Of a DNA stretch of 64,000 bases, positions 10,679-21,033 are shown one piece after another (the stretch's first letter is position 1; the number at the start of each line of letters is the position of its first letter). The notes under the pieces were generated by a model, which was not told where the DNA came from, made no database searches, and saw nothing but the letters and a program-made list of their open reading frames with translations. A program made the translations under genes and the position numbers. This stretch comes from a virus (taxonomy: Duplodnaviria > Heunggongvirae > Uroviricota > Caudoviricetes). The stretch lies in IMG/VR virus record IMGVR_UViG_3300029288_000055, positions 64,001-128,000 of that record; one strand, written 5' to 3'.

Positions 10679-10792
10679 ATATAACAGTTTGTTTTTTAAA
10701 TAATAAATACTACCCAAATCAAATAATTTAAATATTTTCCACAATAATCACCCAGAAAATCTAATTCAAAGTATTTATATAAAAAGAATATT

Positions 10793-11689
10793 ATGGAATC
10801 AGGAATATATAAAATTGAAAACATTATTAATAACAAAAAATATATTGGTAGTGCTAAAAACATCGAAAAAAGATGGTATCAACATAAATATGCTCTTAAT
10901 AATAATTGCCATGATAATTCATATTTACAAAATGCTTGGAATAAATATGGAGCAAATAATTTCAAATTTGATGTTCTTGAAAAGGTTAAGCCTGAAAAAT
11001 TAATTGAAAGAGAACAACATTACATTAATTTACATGATGCTTGTAATAAAATTGTTGGTTACAATTTAGCTCCAACAGCAGGAAATACTTTAGGATTCAA
11101 ATTTTCTGAAGAAAGTAAATTAAATATGTGTTATATGAAAAAAGGTAAACCATCATCAAGAAAAAATTATAAAATGTCTGATAAGACTAAAGAAAAAATT
11201 GGCAATGCAAATAAGATTAGCCAACTTGGAAGAACGCATAGTGAGAAAACAATCGAAAAAATGAAAAAACCTCATGGGGCAATGAAAGAAACAACTAAAA
11301 AACAAATAAGTGATTGGAGAAAAGGATTAATTCCATCTAAAAAAACTGGTAAATTTATTACTAATGACATTAAAAACACATTATTAACTGAAGAAGTAAT
11401 TAATAAAACAAAAATAATAAACAAAAATAATAAATATAGGTCAAATCAAAAATCTACGAATATATCTAAAAAGAAAATATTAAATTCAAATAAAGGTAAT
11501 AATAGAGGTGAAAATAATGGTATGTCCATTAGTAATGAAAATGAAGTACTTGCAATTAGAAAAGATTATGCAAATGGTTTATTAATATCTGAATTAATGA
11601 TAAAATATAATAAAAAATATATTTTTATCTATAAAATAATTAAAAGATTAAGATGGGATTGGTTAGACAACAGTAGTTTTAGTGATTGA
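10793..11689 (+). CDS. GIY-YIG homing endonuclease with NUMOD3-like repeats
   Basis: SGIYKI...KYIGSA...RW..H; HSEKTIEKM repeats; only substantial + strand gene. Confidence 0.88.
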   Translation: MESGIYKIENIINNKKYIGSAKNIEKRWYQHKYALNNNCHDNSYLQNAWNKYGANNFKFDVLEKVKPEKLIEREQHYINLHDACNKIVGYNLAPTAGNTLGFKFSEESKLNMCYMKKGKPSSRKNYKMSDKTKEKIGNANKISQLGRTHSEKTIEKMKKPHGAMKETTKKQISDWRKGLIPSKKTGKFITNDIKNTLLTEEVINKTKIINKNNKYRSNQKSTNISKKKILNSNKGNNRGENNGMSISNENEVLAIRKDYANGLLISELMIKYNKKYIFIYKIIKRLRWDWLDNSSFSD

Positions 11690-12082
11690 ATCACTTATTA
11701 ATACATTAATGTAACCATTTACAGGTAATTTAATTTTTCCGCATCCAATTTGCTCACCTAAAAAATCGATGACAAATTCCGCATTGTATCTACCAGATTT
11801 TCTTGTGTCTTTCAATGTAAATTTATAAATAAAAGTATATTTTTCTTCTGCTGGAAATGCTGGTCTATCATTATTAATAGCAAGACTTGCAGGTACATTT
11901 GCAATACGATATAAACCAGTCTCTGCATCTATCATAGAAAATGTAATTGCAACATTTTCAAGCATATCTTCTGTAATATTATACTTTTCCATTATTGGCT
12001 GAATAAGGGGATATTTTAATTCAGGAAGAGTACTATCTTTCTTAATAAAAAAATTGCTAATATCAAATGTACTGTAATTCAT
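11663..12082 (-). CDS. Putative baseplate/BppU-like structural protein
   Basis: FIKKDSTLP...TFSM...YKF..KDT..SGRYNAEF pattern; lies next to fibre genes. Confidence 0.45.
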   Translation of the reverse strand: MNYSTFDISNFFIKKDSTLPELKYPLIQPIMEKYNITEDMLENVAITFSMIDAETGLYRIANVPASLAINNDRPAFPAEEKYTFIYKFTLKDTRKSGRYNAEFVIDFLGEQIGCGKIKLPVNGYINVLISDSITKTTVV

Positions 12083-12084
12083 AA

Positions 12085-12516
12085 TTATCCTTCTTCTTTA
12101 GGTGTTTCACGATGTTCAGCATTATCTTCTGCTGGTTTATTTTCGTTATTAATTTGTGCTGTTAAATTTTCTCTATCTCCACCAATTGCTTTAACTCTTC
12201 TTTTTACTGTTGCAGCAATACCATCACCAATAAGACCTAACGAAATGGCATCAAAATAACCAAATGGATGTCCAGAAACCTCAATATTAAATCTAAATAA
12301 TATATATGAACATAAAATAGTTGTTAAATATCTACGCCAGTTATCATGAAACCAGAATTTCCAACTCCATTTTTTAGGTGTAGTTGGACTTTGAATATCA
12401 CGACCTGTTGTTTCAGTTAAGCCATAAATCAAATAACCGATTATAAAAAACCATAAATATCCAAATAATTGAATAAAGGTATACTCCCCAAAAATTACTT
12501 TTAAAATTTCAGTCAT
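12085..12516 (-). CDS. Membrane protein, possible holin
   Basis: About three hydrophobic segments and a charged C-terminal tail. Confidence 0.45.
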   Translation of the reverse strand: MTEILKVIFGEYTFIQLFGYLWFFIIGYLIYGLTETTGRDIQSPTTPKKWSWKFWFHDNWRRYLTTILCSYILFRFNIEVSGHPFGYFDAISLGLIGDGIAATVKRRVKAIGGDRENLTAQINNENKPAEDNAEHRETPKEEG

Positions 12517-12566
12517 AATTGATATTTTATTATAAATACAATAAATCTTTTATTTTCTTGTTAAAA

Positions 12567-13925
12567 TCAAATTTTCTTCCAATTATTACCATCACTCACG
12601 ATTCTAATTGATTGATATTGCGTACTTATTGTTGCTGTTGTTATACCATCAATTGTTTGTGCGCCATAACATGCTATTGTTAATACGCCAGTATTACTAT
12701 TTTTAATTATATATTGTTTTCCACGTTTTCCTACTGCTGTTGGTAACATTAAAGTAAATGTACCACCTGTAACATCAATAATATAATCATTAGTTGTACT
12801 TGCTGTATATGCTGCACCAATTATTGTATATGCTGTATTATATTCAGTACCATTAGACAATCTATAACGAATTGTAGTTGGTGCTATTAATGCTGTTGTT
12901 GTTAATTTATGTGGATTTTTATTACTATTAACAAAATTAGCACCCTTTTTAAAAATTTTACCCTCAGATTTATTAAGATAAAGATTAACACCATTATAAG
13001 TAATAACATTACCTTCTATATTAAAATTTTTTAAACCATCAAGTAAATCATTAAATTGAGAATTTGAATCTAACGCAACATCAGGAAGATTATTTACTGC
13101 ATTTATGTAAATTTTATTTGAATGAATTACTGCACCAATAATAATTAAATCTCTTCTTTGCTCATTAGTAAAATATGATGTTTGTTGTTGTATAGTACCA
13201 CCACTATCAATTGCTAAATAAGTAACAAGATTAGTATTTAAATATGTTAATGGAAATGCAGTTACACCACTAAAATGTACAAAATGTATTTGCGGATTAA
13301 GATAATTTGTATAATTATTTACGATAAACCCTTCACCAACACTTATATCAATTGTTGTACATGCACTTGTTGGTGGATGTTGAGTGATTGTGAAACCACT
13401 TAAAACACCATTTCCACCATAACTTTCAAGATGTGTTAATTGAAAATTAGTATCACCTGTATATACAAGAAATTTAGAAGTGTTTAATTTAGTATTTGTT
13501 ATACCAGAAATATAATCTATATTGTTAATTATATCAGTATGTGTATGTCCTGTTTGAAAACTTTGTAATGTTGTTCCTGATAACCACTGTGGCTTTAATG
13601 TTATTACTGCCCAACTTGGAGTATTTCCAGATACTTTGTTGTCAACATATTCTTTATCAATAAGTGAACGATTAGTAAAACTTGCCGAATAATTTCCACC
13701 ATATTCAATACCAGTTCGACCCGAAGCAATTCGTCCATCTGTAATTGTCGTTGTACAAATTAATGTGCCACCAAGTTTAACCTGATTTAATCCAACTATA
13801 CTTAAACCATTGTTTGCTGTGGTAATACCAGTGACACCTGTAACAATAGTAATAGTACTTCCAGTAAAAACTCCACTAAATAAATATCTATTACCCGTTA
13901 ATAAATCAATTGCGCTTATTGCCAT
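12567..13925 (-). CDS. Fibre/virion protein
   Basis: G/T-rich; ANNGL and SLIDKEYVD modules shared with neighbouring fibres. Confidence 0.65.
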   Translation of the reverse strand: MAISAIDLLTGNRYLFSGVFTGSTITIVTGVTGITTANNGLSIVGLNQVKLGGTLICTTTITDGRIASGRTGIEYGGNYSASFTNRSLIDKEYVDNKVSGNTPSWAVITLKPQWLSGTTLQSFQTGHTHTDIINNIDYISGITNTKLNTSKFLVYTGDTNFQLTHLESYGGNGVLSGFTITQHPPTSACTTIDISVGEGFIVNNYTNYLNPQIHFVHFSGVTAFPLTYLNTNLVTYLAIDSGGTIQQQTSYFTNEQRRDLIIIGAVIHSNKIYINAVNNLPDVALDSNSQFNDLLDGLKNFNIEGNVITYNGVNLYLNKSEGKIFKKGANFVNSNKNPHKLTTTALIAPTTIRYRLSNGTEYNTAYTIIGAAYTASTTNDYIIDVTGGTFTLMLPTAVGKRGKQYIIKNSNTGVLTIACYGAQTIDGITTATISTQYQSIRIVSDGNNWKKI

Positions 13926-13935
13926 AATGTAAATA

Positions 13936-15219
13936 TTAAGTTTCTGATGTTAAGACACCATTTATGAATGTTATTTTTCTTGTAGCAATTCCCCCATTTG
14001 TATCTGAAACATAATAAGTTTTTGTTCCTGCAAGTGGCGTTTGTCCATCTATTAATCTACCATTCGTTGAAGCGATAGGTATTTTTCCAGAGGTTAAATT
14101 TGTACCATCATTTAATATAATTCCTTTTCTTGCAGTACCTGTTGTTATTGTTGCAAAATAATTATCAGTAGTAAATTCTATTGCACCAGCTACTGGTGTT
14201 GTAAGTGACACACCAGAAGTAAGTTTAAGTGGTGCTATTGCATTTGTACCAGCATATAAAGTAATACCACGCAATAATGTTTGTGCAATATCTGCATTAC
14301 CAATTACAATTTGATTATTTGCTGTTGTATATGCACCATTACCAATTGCTATAGAATTCGAAGCATTAATCTTTTGTAAAGAATTATATCCAGCAAAATT
14401 ACCAAGAAATGTATTACAATTACCATTGTAAATACTTGCACCAGCATAATAACCAATAGCAACGTTACTACTACCTGTTCTATTAGCAGTAAGTGCTCTA
14501 CAGCCAAGTGCAGCATTATAATTACCTGTAAGATTATCATGAATTGCTCTTGCACCAATTGCAGTATTACCACAACCAGTTGTATTAAAATCAAGTGTTG
14601 CAAAACCAACACCAACATTGTCTGTACCACTAATATTATCATCAATTGCCGAATAACCAATTGCAACATTACATTGACCAATGGTATTAACTTTAAGTGC
14701 AGCATTACCAATTGCAACATTAAGATTACCACTTATATTACCACAAAGTACAGCCCAACCGACTGCAACATTATGATAACCAATTGTATTACAATAAAGT
14801 GATTGATATCCAGCAGCAATATTATATCTACCATTTGTGTTTCGACTAAGAGTATCTTGACCAATGGCAACATTATATTTACCATTAGTACTACCTGAAA
14901 GTGCACCATATCCAATTGCAGTATTACCACTGCCACTTGTTATATTTTTACCAGCATTAACACCATATAGTGTATTATACATGATTGCACTTATTGGTGT
15001 TCCATAACCAGCAACAGTTGAACTATTAATTAAATTTGACCAACCTGTTAAATATTGACCATGTGTGTGCCCTGATTGAAATGTACATAAAGTTATACCT
15101 GACAACCATTGTGGCTTATTAGCAAGTGTAGTCCAAGTTACTATACCAGTATTACCCGTAAAATCACCTTTAATTAAAAGTAAATTACCGCTTAATAAGT
15201 CTATTGTAAATATTGCCAT
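13936..15219 (-). CDS. Fibre protein with YadA-head-like 14-aa repeats
   Basis: Repeated NxAxGxxALxxNxxG. Confidence 0.75.
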   Translation of the reverse strand: MAIFTIDLLSGNLLLIKGDFTGNTGIVTWTTLANKPQWLSGITLCTFQSGHTHGQYLTGWSNLINSSTVAGYGTPISAIMYNTLYGVNAGKNITSGSGNTAIGYGALSGSTNGKYNVAIGQDTLSRNTNGRYNIAAGYQSLYCNTIGYHNVAVGWAVLCGNISGNLNVAIGNAALKVNTIGQCNVAIGYSAIDDNISGTDNVGVGFATLDFNTTGCGNTAIGARAIHDNLTGNYNAALGCRALTANRTGSSNVAIGYYAGASIYNGNCNTFLGNFAGYNSLQKINASNSIAIGNGAYTTANNQIVIGNADIAQTLLRGITLYAGTNAIAPLKLTSGVSLTTPVAGAIEFTTDNYFATITTGTARKGIILNDGTNLTSGKIPIASTNGRLIDGQTPLAGTKTYYVSDTNGGIATRKITFINGVLTSET

Positions 15220-15306
15220 GTGAAAAGACTTTCACATAAATACTAAAAATAAATCAATTTGGCACTAATTACAAATAAATGAAAAAATAAAACTCTCTTT
15301 TATAAT

Positions 15307-15549
15307 TTATTGATAAGTATATCCTGCTCTACTATTCCAAACAAATGAATATGATTGATCACCATTTGGATATTCAGTTCTCCATACAGTACCATCTTTC
15401 CATACTTTCTTAATTCTCCAACATGCAGCACTTGGATTATTACTATTTATTGAAGTACCAATGTAACTTGTATTACCCGTCAATTCATCGGTTAATATTA
15501 TTGTCTCATATGTAAATACTTGATTACTAAAATTACTTAAAACTGTCAT
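15307..15549 (-). CDS. Small virion-associated protein
   Basis: 80 aa ORF with its own GTATTTAT motif inside the fibre cluster. Confidence 0.5.
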   Translation of the reverse strand: MTVLSNFSNQVFTYETIILTDELTGNTSYIGTSINSNNPSAACWRIKKVWKDGTVWRTEYPNGDQSYSFVWNSRAGYTYQ

Positions 15550-15617
15550 ATTTGAATATTTTATTATAAATACTTATTAAAACAACATTATTTGTTAATT
15601 CAATTTTAAAATTATTT

Positions 15618-18600
15618 TTATGGTGCAATTTTTTTATTACCACCCCACGCACCACCTGTTCTATATTGAACAACTAAACTTGCTCCGCTTGTTACAAATC
15701 TCCAGCTACCATCAGTATCTTTATTACCTAAATATAAATAATTACATGTACCATTTACAATTTCTGTTGTTCCACTTATTACTAATCTTTTTGTATCAAA
15801 TTCACCATAAATTAATGAACATCCACTATTGTTTGCAATATATAATTTATTTGAGCCAGTTTCATTATAACCCGCTTGATATCCAATACCAACATTATAA
15901 CAACCAGTTACATTGTATTTTAATGCTGTATAACCAATACCAACATTATACTGACCCATCCTATTACTTAATAATGCACAAGTACCAATTCCAATATTTT
16001 GAATTCCGCAAATATTATTATTACCTCTAAGTACACATTCACCAATACCAATATTATTAACGCCATTTGTATTGGTTAAAAGTGCCTGATAACCTATAGC
16101 AATATTTTTAGTACCACAAGTATTCGCACAAAGTACTTGATATCCAATACCAACATTATCACAACCACTTACATTATTATATAATGCTTTACAACCTAAC
16201 GCAATATTATTATTGCCTATTTTATTCCAATAAAGAGCGTCAGCACCATTTCCTATATTACCAGTACCACCTGTATTATTATAAAGTACTGCATAACCAA
16301 ATGCAATATTATTATTAGATGCTGAATTACTATAAAGAGCACATGCACCATTTGCAACATTATCACTACCAGTTGTATTAAATGCAAGTGCTTGATAACC
16401 ATTTGCAACATTAAAACAACCAGTTAAATTATTTTGAAGTGCAGAACCCCCATAAGCAACATTACCACAACCAGTTGTATTACAATAAAGTGTATATGCA
16501 CCAAAAGCAATATTATCACAACCAGTTGTATTATTATAAAGTGTATTAACACCAAAAGCAATATTTGTATTTCCACTTGTATTGGTTTGAAGTGCATTAT
16601 ATCCCAAAGCAATATTATAATTACCAACTAAATTACAGGACATTGATTCAAAACCAATCGCAATATTATAATTACCTGTTATATTATTTAATAATGCACG
16701 ATAACCAGTCGCTATATTATAATTACCATTTTTATTTGAAAAAAGTGCACATATTCCATTGGCAATATTGCCTGTGCCACCTGTATTACTATTAAGTGAT
16801 TGAAAACCAATACCAACATTATCACTTCCACTTGAATTAGACTGGAGTACCTGAGCACCAAAAGCTAAATTTTTGTTACCACTGTTATTTAATAATAGCG
16901 CATAATCACCAATTGCAATATTATAACAGCCACTATTATTGTAATAAAGTGTATGATTACCAATTGCTAAATTTGAATAGCCAATTCCTGCTGATTCACC
17001 ATAAAGTGCCTCAAACCCAATACCTATATTATTATCTGTTAAGCTATTATATAATGCACTATAACCAATAGCAATATTACCATTACCAATTAAATTATTT
17101 TGAAGTGCATGAGTACCATGAGCAATATTATTATCACCTCCAACATTACTATAAAGTGCCTGAGTACCAATAGCAATATTACTTGTATCTCCTGAACTGT
17201 TTGCAAGTGCTTGTGTACCAATAGCAACATTATCCAAACCCGTTGTCAAACTTGCACCCGCACATACACCATATATTGTGTTGCAACATATTGTTCCGCC
17301 ACTTGCAACAGTTCCACAACCTGCTACCGTTGAACCATTTGTTAGGTTAGACCAACCAATACCACCACTTGCTATCTGCCATGTTGCATAACCATCAGCA
17401 TCAGAAGTTAACACTTTACCTAAACCTTGATTACCTTCAACAAATCTTAATTTATTTGAACATGTACTACCAGTTGCAATAACATGCAATGCCGAATCTA
17501 ATTTCAAATATTTATTATCAAATTCGCCATAAATTAATGAACAAGTATAATTATTTGCAATATATAATTTATTTGAACCAGTTTCATAAAATCCAGCATA
17601 TGAACCAACTGCAACATTATTACAACCAATCATATTAAATCCAGCATATGAACCAACTGCAGTATTATTACAACCTATTATGTTGGTGTAAAGTGCTGAA
17701 TTACCAAGTGCAACATTATCATTACCACATGTATTGTTTAAAAGTGTACCATAACCATGTGCAAGATTATTACAGCCTTCTTTGTTATTTTGAAGCGCAC
17801 AAGTACCTATAGCAACATTATTAGTACCGCCACTATTATATAAAAGTGTTTGACAACCAATACCGATATTATTATTACCTAAAACAGCACATTTCAATGC
17901 TTCAACACCAATTGCAATATTATTACATCCATCTAAATTATTTTGAAGCGCACATGCACCATTAGCAATATTATTAGTACCGCCAGTATTAAAATAAAGT
18001 GCTAAATATCCGATTGCAATATTATAACTACCACATAAATTTTGACGCAAAGCACTAAATCCAACTGCAAAATTGTCATGACCACTTATATTACACATAA
18101 GCGAACTAAAACCAATTGCAGTATTATTATATCCAATTGTATTATTTTGAAGTACACTATTTCCTATTGCAATATTTGTACATCCAGTTGTATTGTAATA
18201 AAGTGAACCAATTCCAATCGCAATATTACCACTACCAATTGTATTATTAAACATTGCCTGATTACCAATAGCGGTATTATCACTACCAATAGTATTTTTT
18301 ATAAGTGCTTGACTACCAATAGCAACATTAGTACATCCACTTGTATTACAATAAAGTGCTCGATAACCAACAGCAACATTATTCGTACCAGTTGTTGTAC
18401 TCATACCTGCACAAACGCCATAAAACGTATTACAAAATAATGTGCCACCACTTACAGGTGTACCACAACCAGCAACAGTTGAACCATTTGTTAAATTTGA
18501 CCAACCTATGCCACCACCAGTACCAGTACTTAACATACCTGCTGCATCTATATAAACAACACATGTTTCTGTTGTTTTTGGTGGTAAATTACACATATAA

Positions 18601-20963
18601 ACATTACCACATAGATTAGTTGCAGTTGAACCCGAAAGTGTAAGTATATATCCGTTCAATTCAACAGCACTAAAACTATTATCAATTCTAATAATATTAA
18701 CTTGTGGCGTTAATTTAATTGAAGTTATTGAATTTGCACTTATTGCAATAACATTATCAGTTGGACTAACACTAATGAACGCATTCGCAGGATGACCAAT
18801 TGAAGTGCAACCAGCATTATCAATTCTTAAACCATAAGAATTTGTACTACTATAAACACAAAATGCGTTTGTGGTTGTATCAATTACAGTATCACCAGTT
18901 AATGTACCACCAAGACCAATACAATTTCCACTGTTTTTATTCAAACCATTAGTTGCATATGTAAGAGTACCACCAGTTGCAGCAGCAATCATTGAAGCAC
19001 TACAACCACTTGCCCAACCAGCATCAACAAGTGAATATTGAGTAAATTGTGTACGATAATCACCTGCATATACTAAACCTTTAGCAACATTATCAGTAAC
19101 TGTCATTGCACCACCAAAACCAGAAATATCAACACATGTATTCGTTACACAAATATAAGAACCTGCTGTTGTAAGCATTGAAACACAATCACTGGCATTA
19201 CTAACACAAATACGACCACCACCAGTGGTTATTATTGAAGTATCATTCGTTTTGGTATCTACGAATAAACCACTACATAATTTAAGATATTCTGCTGTAC
19301 ATGTGCAATCGCCAAGAATAACACCACCACCAGTTCCAAAAACATTTAAACCAATCCCTGAAGATGTTATACTGAAGTCATATGTGCTGGTAGTATTAAT
19401 TATTGTCGTACCAGTTAAATCACCACCAAGACCAATACAATTTCCACTGTTTTTATTTAAACCATTTGTTGCTGTAACTGCACTTGCAGAAATCATTGCA
19501 GCAGTACAACCACTTACATAATTAGCACTAACAAGAGATAAACAAGTAAATTGTCCACAATAATCGCCAGCATATACTAATCCTTTGCTTGCTGCATCTG
19601 TAAATGTATTACATGCTGTTGTTATGTCTAAACAACCAGCAGAAGCAACTTGTAAAGAAATTAATGCACCTGAACTTAAGCAAACATTTTCTGCATTACC
19701 ACATACTTTAACATCTGTAGTATCAACATAAACATGACCTGCAGTAACACCAATATCACCAAGAATTGCTCTGGTACTATTAACATTGAAACCATAAAAT
19801 GAGGCATTACAGATACTTATTTCATTTGCACCCGCATCAATTACAGTAAGTGCTTCGGTTAATACACCGCCAAGACAAACAGCACCAGAAGTTAGTGTTA
19901 AACCATTAGTGAACGTATATCCACTTGTTCCACCTGATATCCATATTGCATTATCAACATATCCCTTATCAACAAGTGAACGGTCAGTATATGAACCACT
20001 ATAATCTGCTGCATAATTTGCTGGATTATAAGTAATCAAAACTTCTGTTTGAGAAATATCAAGACATGTCAGACTTGTACCAGCATCAATATGAACACAA
20101 TTTTCTCCATGAAGGCGTACATCACCACAAGTACCACTACCACCAATAGATATCACACCCAAAACAGGACCTACAGAATTATATCCACAAAGAGTAATTA
20201 ATGTAGAGCCTTGTTCAATTCCAGTGTAATCACTACCATTAACTATTGTTGAACATATGCAACCACCAGATGCGGTACTACATAATGTATATAAATTCGC
20301 ACCTAAATCAATAGAAGTATTACCAGTTAAACTGCCACCTAAACCAATACAATTACCACTATTAAGATTTAAGCCATTAGTTGCTCCATATGTGGTACTA
20401 CCTGATGTCCATATTGCATTATCAACATACCCTTTATCTACAAGTGTACGAACACCAAATGTTGGACATGTACTATAATCAGCACAATAATCAAAAATTC
20501 CTGCACCACCCATTATAGTACCAACTCCACCAGAACATATTGAAAGTGAACCAGCACCAACCTGAGAAGTACTAATTACTGTTTTATCAGTACCTGTTCT
20601 TAAATTAAAACCACTTGCACCTGATACTGTAAGACAATCAATATCAAAACTTAAATTATAAACTCCATCAATTGTTGTGTTACCAGTTAAAGTTCCACCT
20701 AATGTTATGTTTTTACCTTCGACATGTAAACCATTAGTTGCACCAGTAATACCGCCACCACTTGGAGTTTGCCATGTTACAGTACCACCAGAATTTGATG
20801 TTAATACTTTTCCCGTACCAGCATTTGCTAATATTGATAATGTTGCACCACTTGCTATTTCAAATTTGCCAAAAATATTTGTGCAACCTGATAAATTCAG
20901 AACTTCACCTGAACATTGTTCAATTTTACTACTATTTAAATTAAGTTTTGTGGTAAATATCAT
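15618..20963 (-). CDS. Large Cys-rich fibre protein with two blocks of YadA-like repeats
   Basis: 1781 aa; ATNGL modules; two repeat cassettes, each bounded by GWSNLTNGSTVAGCG and ETGSNKLYIAN. Confidence 0.8.
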   Translation of the reverse strand: MIFTTKLNLNSSKIEQCSGEVLNLSGCTNIFGKFEIASGATLSILANAGTGKVLTSNSGGTVTWQTPSGGGITGATNGLHVEGKNITLGGTLTGNTTIDGVYNLSFDIDCLTVSGASGFNLRTGTDKTVISTSQVGAGSLSICSGGVGTIMGGAGIFDYCADYSTCPTFGVRTLVDKGYVDNAIWTSGSTTYGATNGLNLNSGNCIGLGGSLTGNTSIDLGANLYTLCSTASGGCICSTIVNGSDYTGIEQGSTLITLCGYNSVGPVLGVISIGGSGTCGDVRLHGENCVHIDAGTSLTCLDISQTEVLITYNPANYAADYSGSYTDRSLVDKGYVDNAIWISGGTSGYTFTNGLTLTSGAVCLGGVLTEALTVIDAGANEISICNASFYGFNVNSTRAILGDIGVTAGHVYVDTTDVKVCGNAENVCLSSGALISLQVASAGCLDITTACNTFTDAASKGLVYAGDYCGQFTCLSLVSANYVSGCTAAMISASAVTATNGLNKNSGNCIGLGGDLTGTTIINTTSTYDFSITSSGIGLNVFGTGGGVILGDCTCTAEYLKLCSGLFVDTKTNDTSIITTGGGRICVSNASDCVSMLTTAGSYICVTNTCVDISGFGGAMTVTDNVAKGLVYAGDYRTQFTQYSLVDAGWASGCSASMIAAATGGTLTYATNGLNKNSGNCIGLGGTLTGDTVIDTTTNAFCVYSSTNSYGLRIDNAGCTSIGHPANAFISVSPTDNVIAISANSITSIKLTPQVNIIRIDNSFSAVELNGYILTLSGSTATNLCGNVYMCNLPPKTTETCVVYIDAAGMLSTGTGGGIGWSNLTNGSTVAGCGTPVSGGTLFCNTFYGVCAGMSTTTGTNNVAVGYRALYCNTSGCTNVAIGSQALIKNTIGSDNTAIGNQAMFNNTIGSGNIAIGIGSLYYNTTGCTNIAIGNSVLQNNTIGYNNTAIGFSSLMCNISGHDNFAVGFSALRQNLCGSYNIAIGYLALYFNTGGTNNIANGACALQNNLDGCNNIAIGVEALKCAVLGNNNIGIGCQTLLYNSGGTNNVAIGTCALQNNKEGCNNLAHGYGTLLNNTCGNDNVALGNSALYTNIIGCNNTAVGSYAGFNMIGCNNVAVGSYAGFYETGSNKLYIANNYTCSLIYGEFDNKYLKLDSALHVIATGSTCSNKLRFVEGNQGLGKVLTSDADGYATWQIASGGIGWSNLTNGSTVAGCGTVASGGTICCNTIYGVCAGASLTTGLDNVAIGTQALANSSGDTSNIAIGTQALYSNVGGDNNIAHGTHALQNNLIGNGNIAIGYSALYNSLTDNNIGIGFEALYGESAGIGYSNLAIGNHTLYYNNSGCYNIAIGDYALLLNNSGNKNLAFGAQVLQSNSSGSDNVGIGFQSLNSNTGGTGNIANGICALFSNKNGNYNIATGYRALLNNITGNYNIAIGFESMSCNLVGNYNIALGYNALQTNTSGNTNIAFGVNTLYNNTTGCDNIAFGAYTLYCNTTGCGNVAYGGSALQNNLTGCFNVANGYQALAFNTTGSDNVANGACALYSNSASNNNIAFGYAVLYNNTGGTGNIGNGADALYWNKIGNNNIALGCKALYNNVSGCDNVGIGYQVLCANTCGTKNIAIGYQALLTNTNGVNNIGIGECVLRGNNNICGIQNIGIGTCALLSNRMGQYNVGIGYTALKYNVTGCYNVGIGYQAGYNETGSNKLYIANNSGCSLIYGEFDTKRLVISGTTEIVNGTCNYLYLGNKDTDGSWRFVTSGASLVVQYRTGGAWGGNKKIAP
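18460..18509. repeat. 50-bp exact repeat (copy at 28236-28285; degenerate copies near 15008-15045 and 17320-17360)
   Basis: gtaccacaaccagcaacagttgaaccatttgttaaatttgaccaacctat is identical in two fibre genes. Confidence 0.85.
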
Positions 20964-21033
20964 TTGTTTCTGTTTTTAATTTTTGTTATTAAATATAAAT
21001 ACTTAGATTAATGTTAATACATTTCGTTTTTTG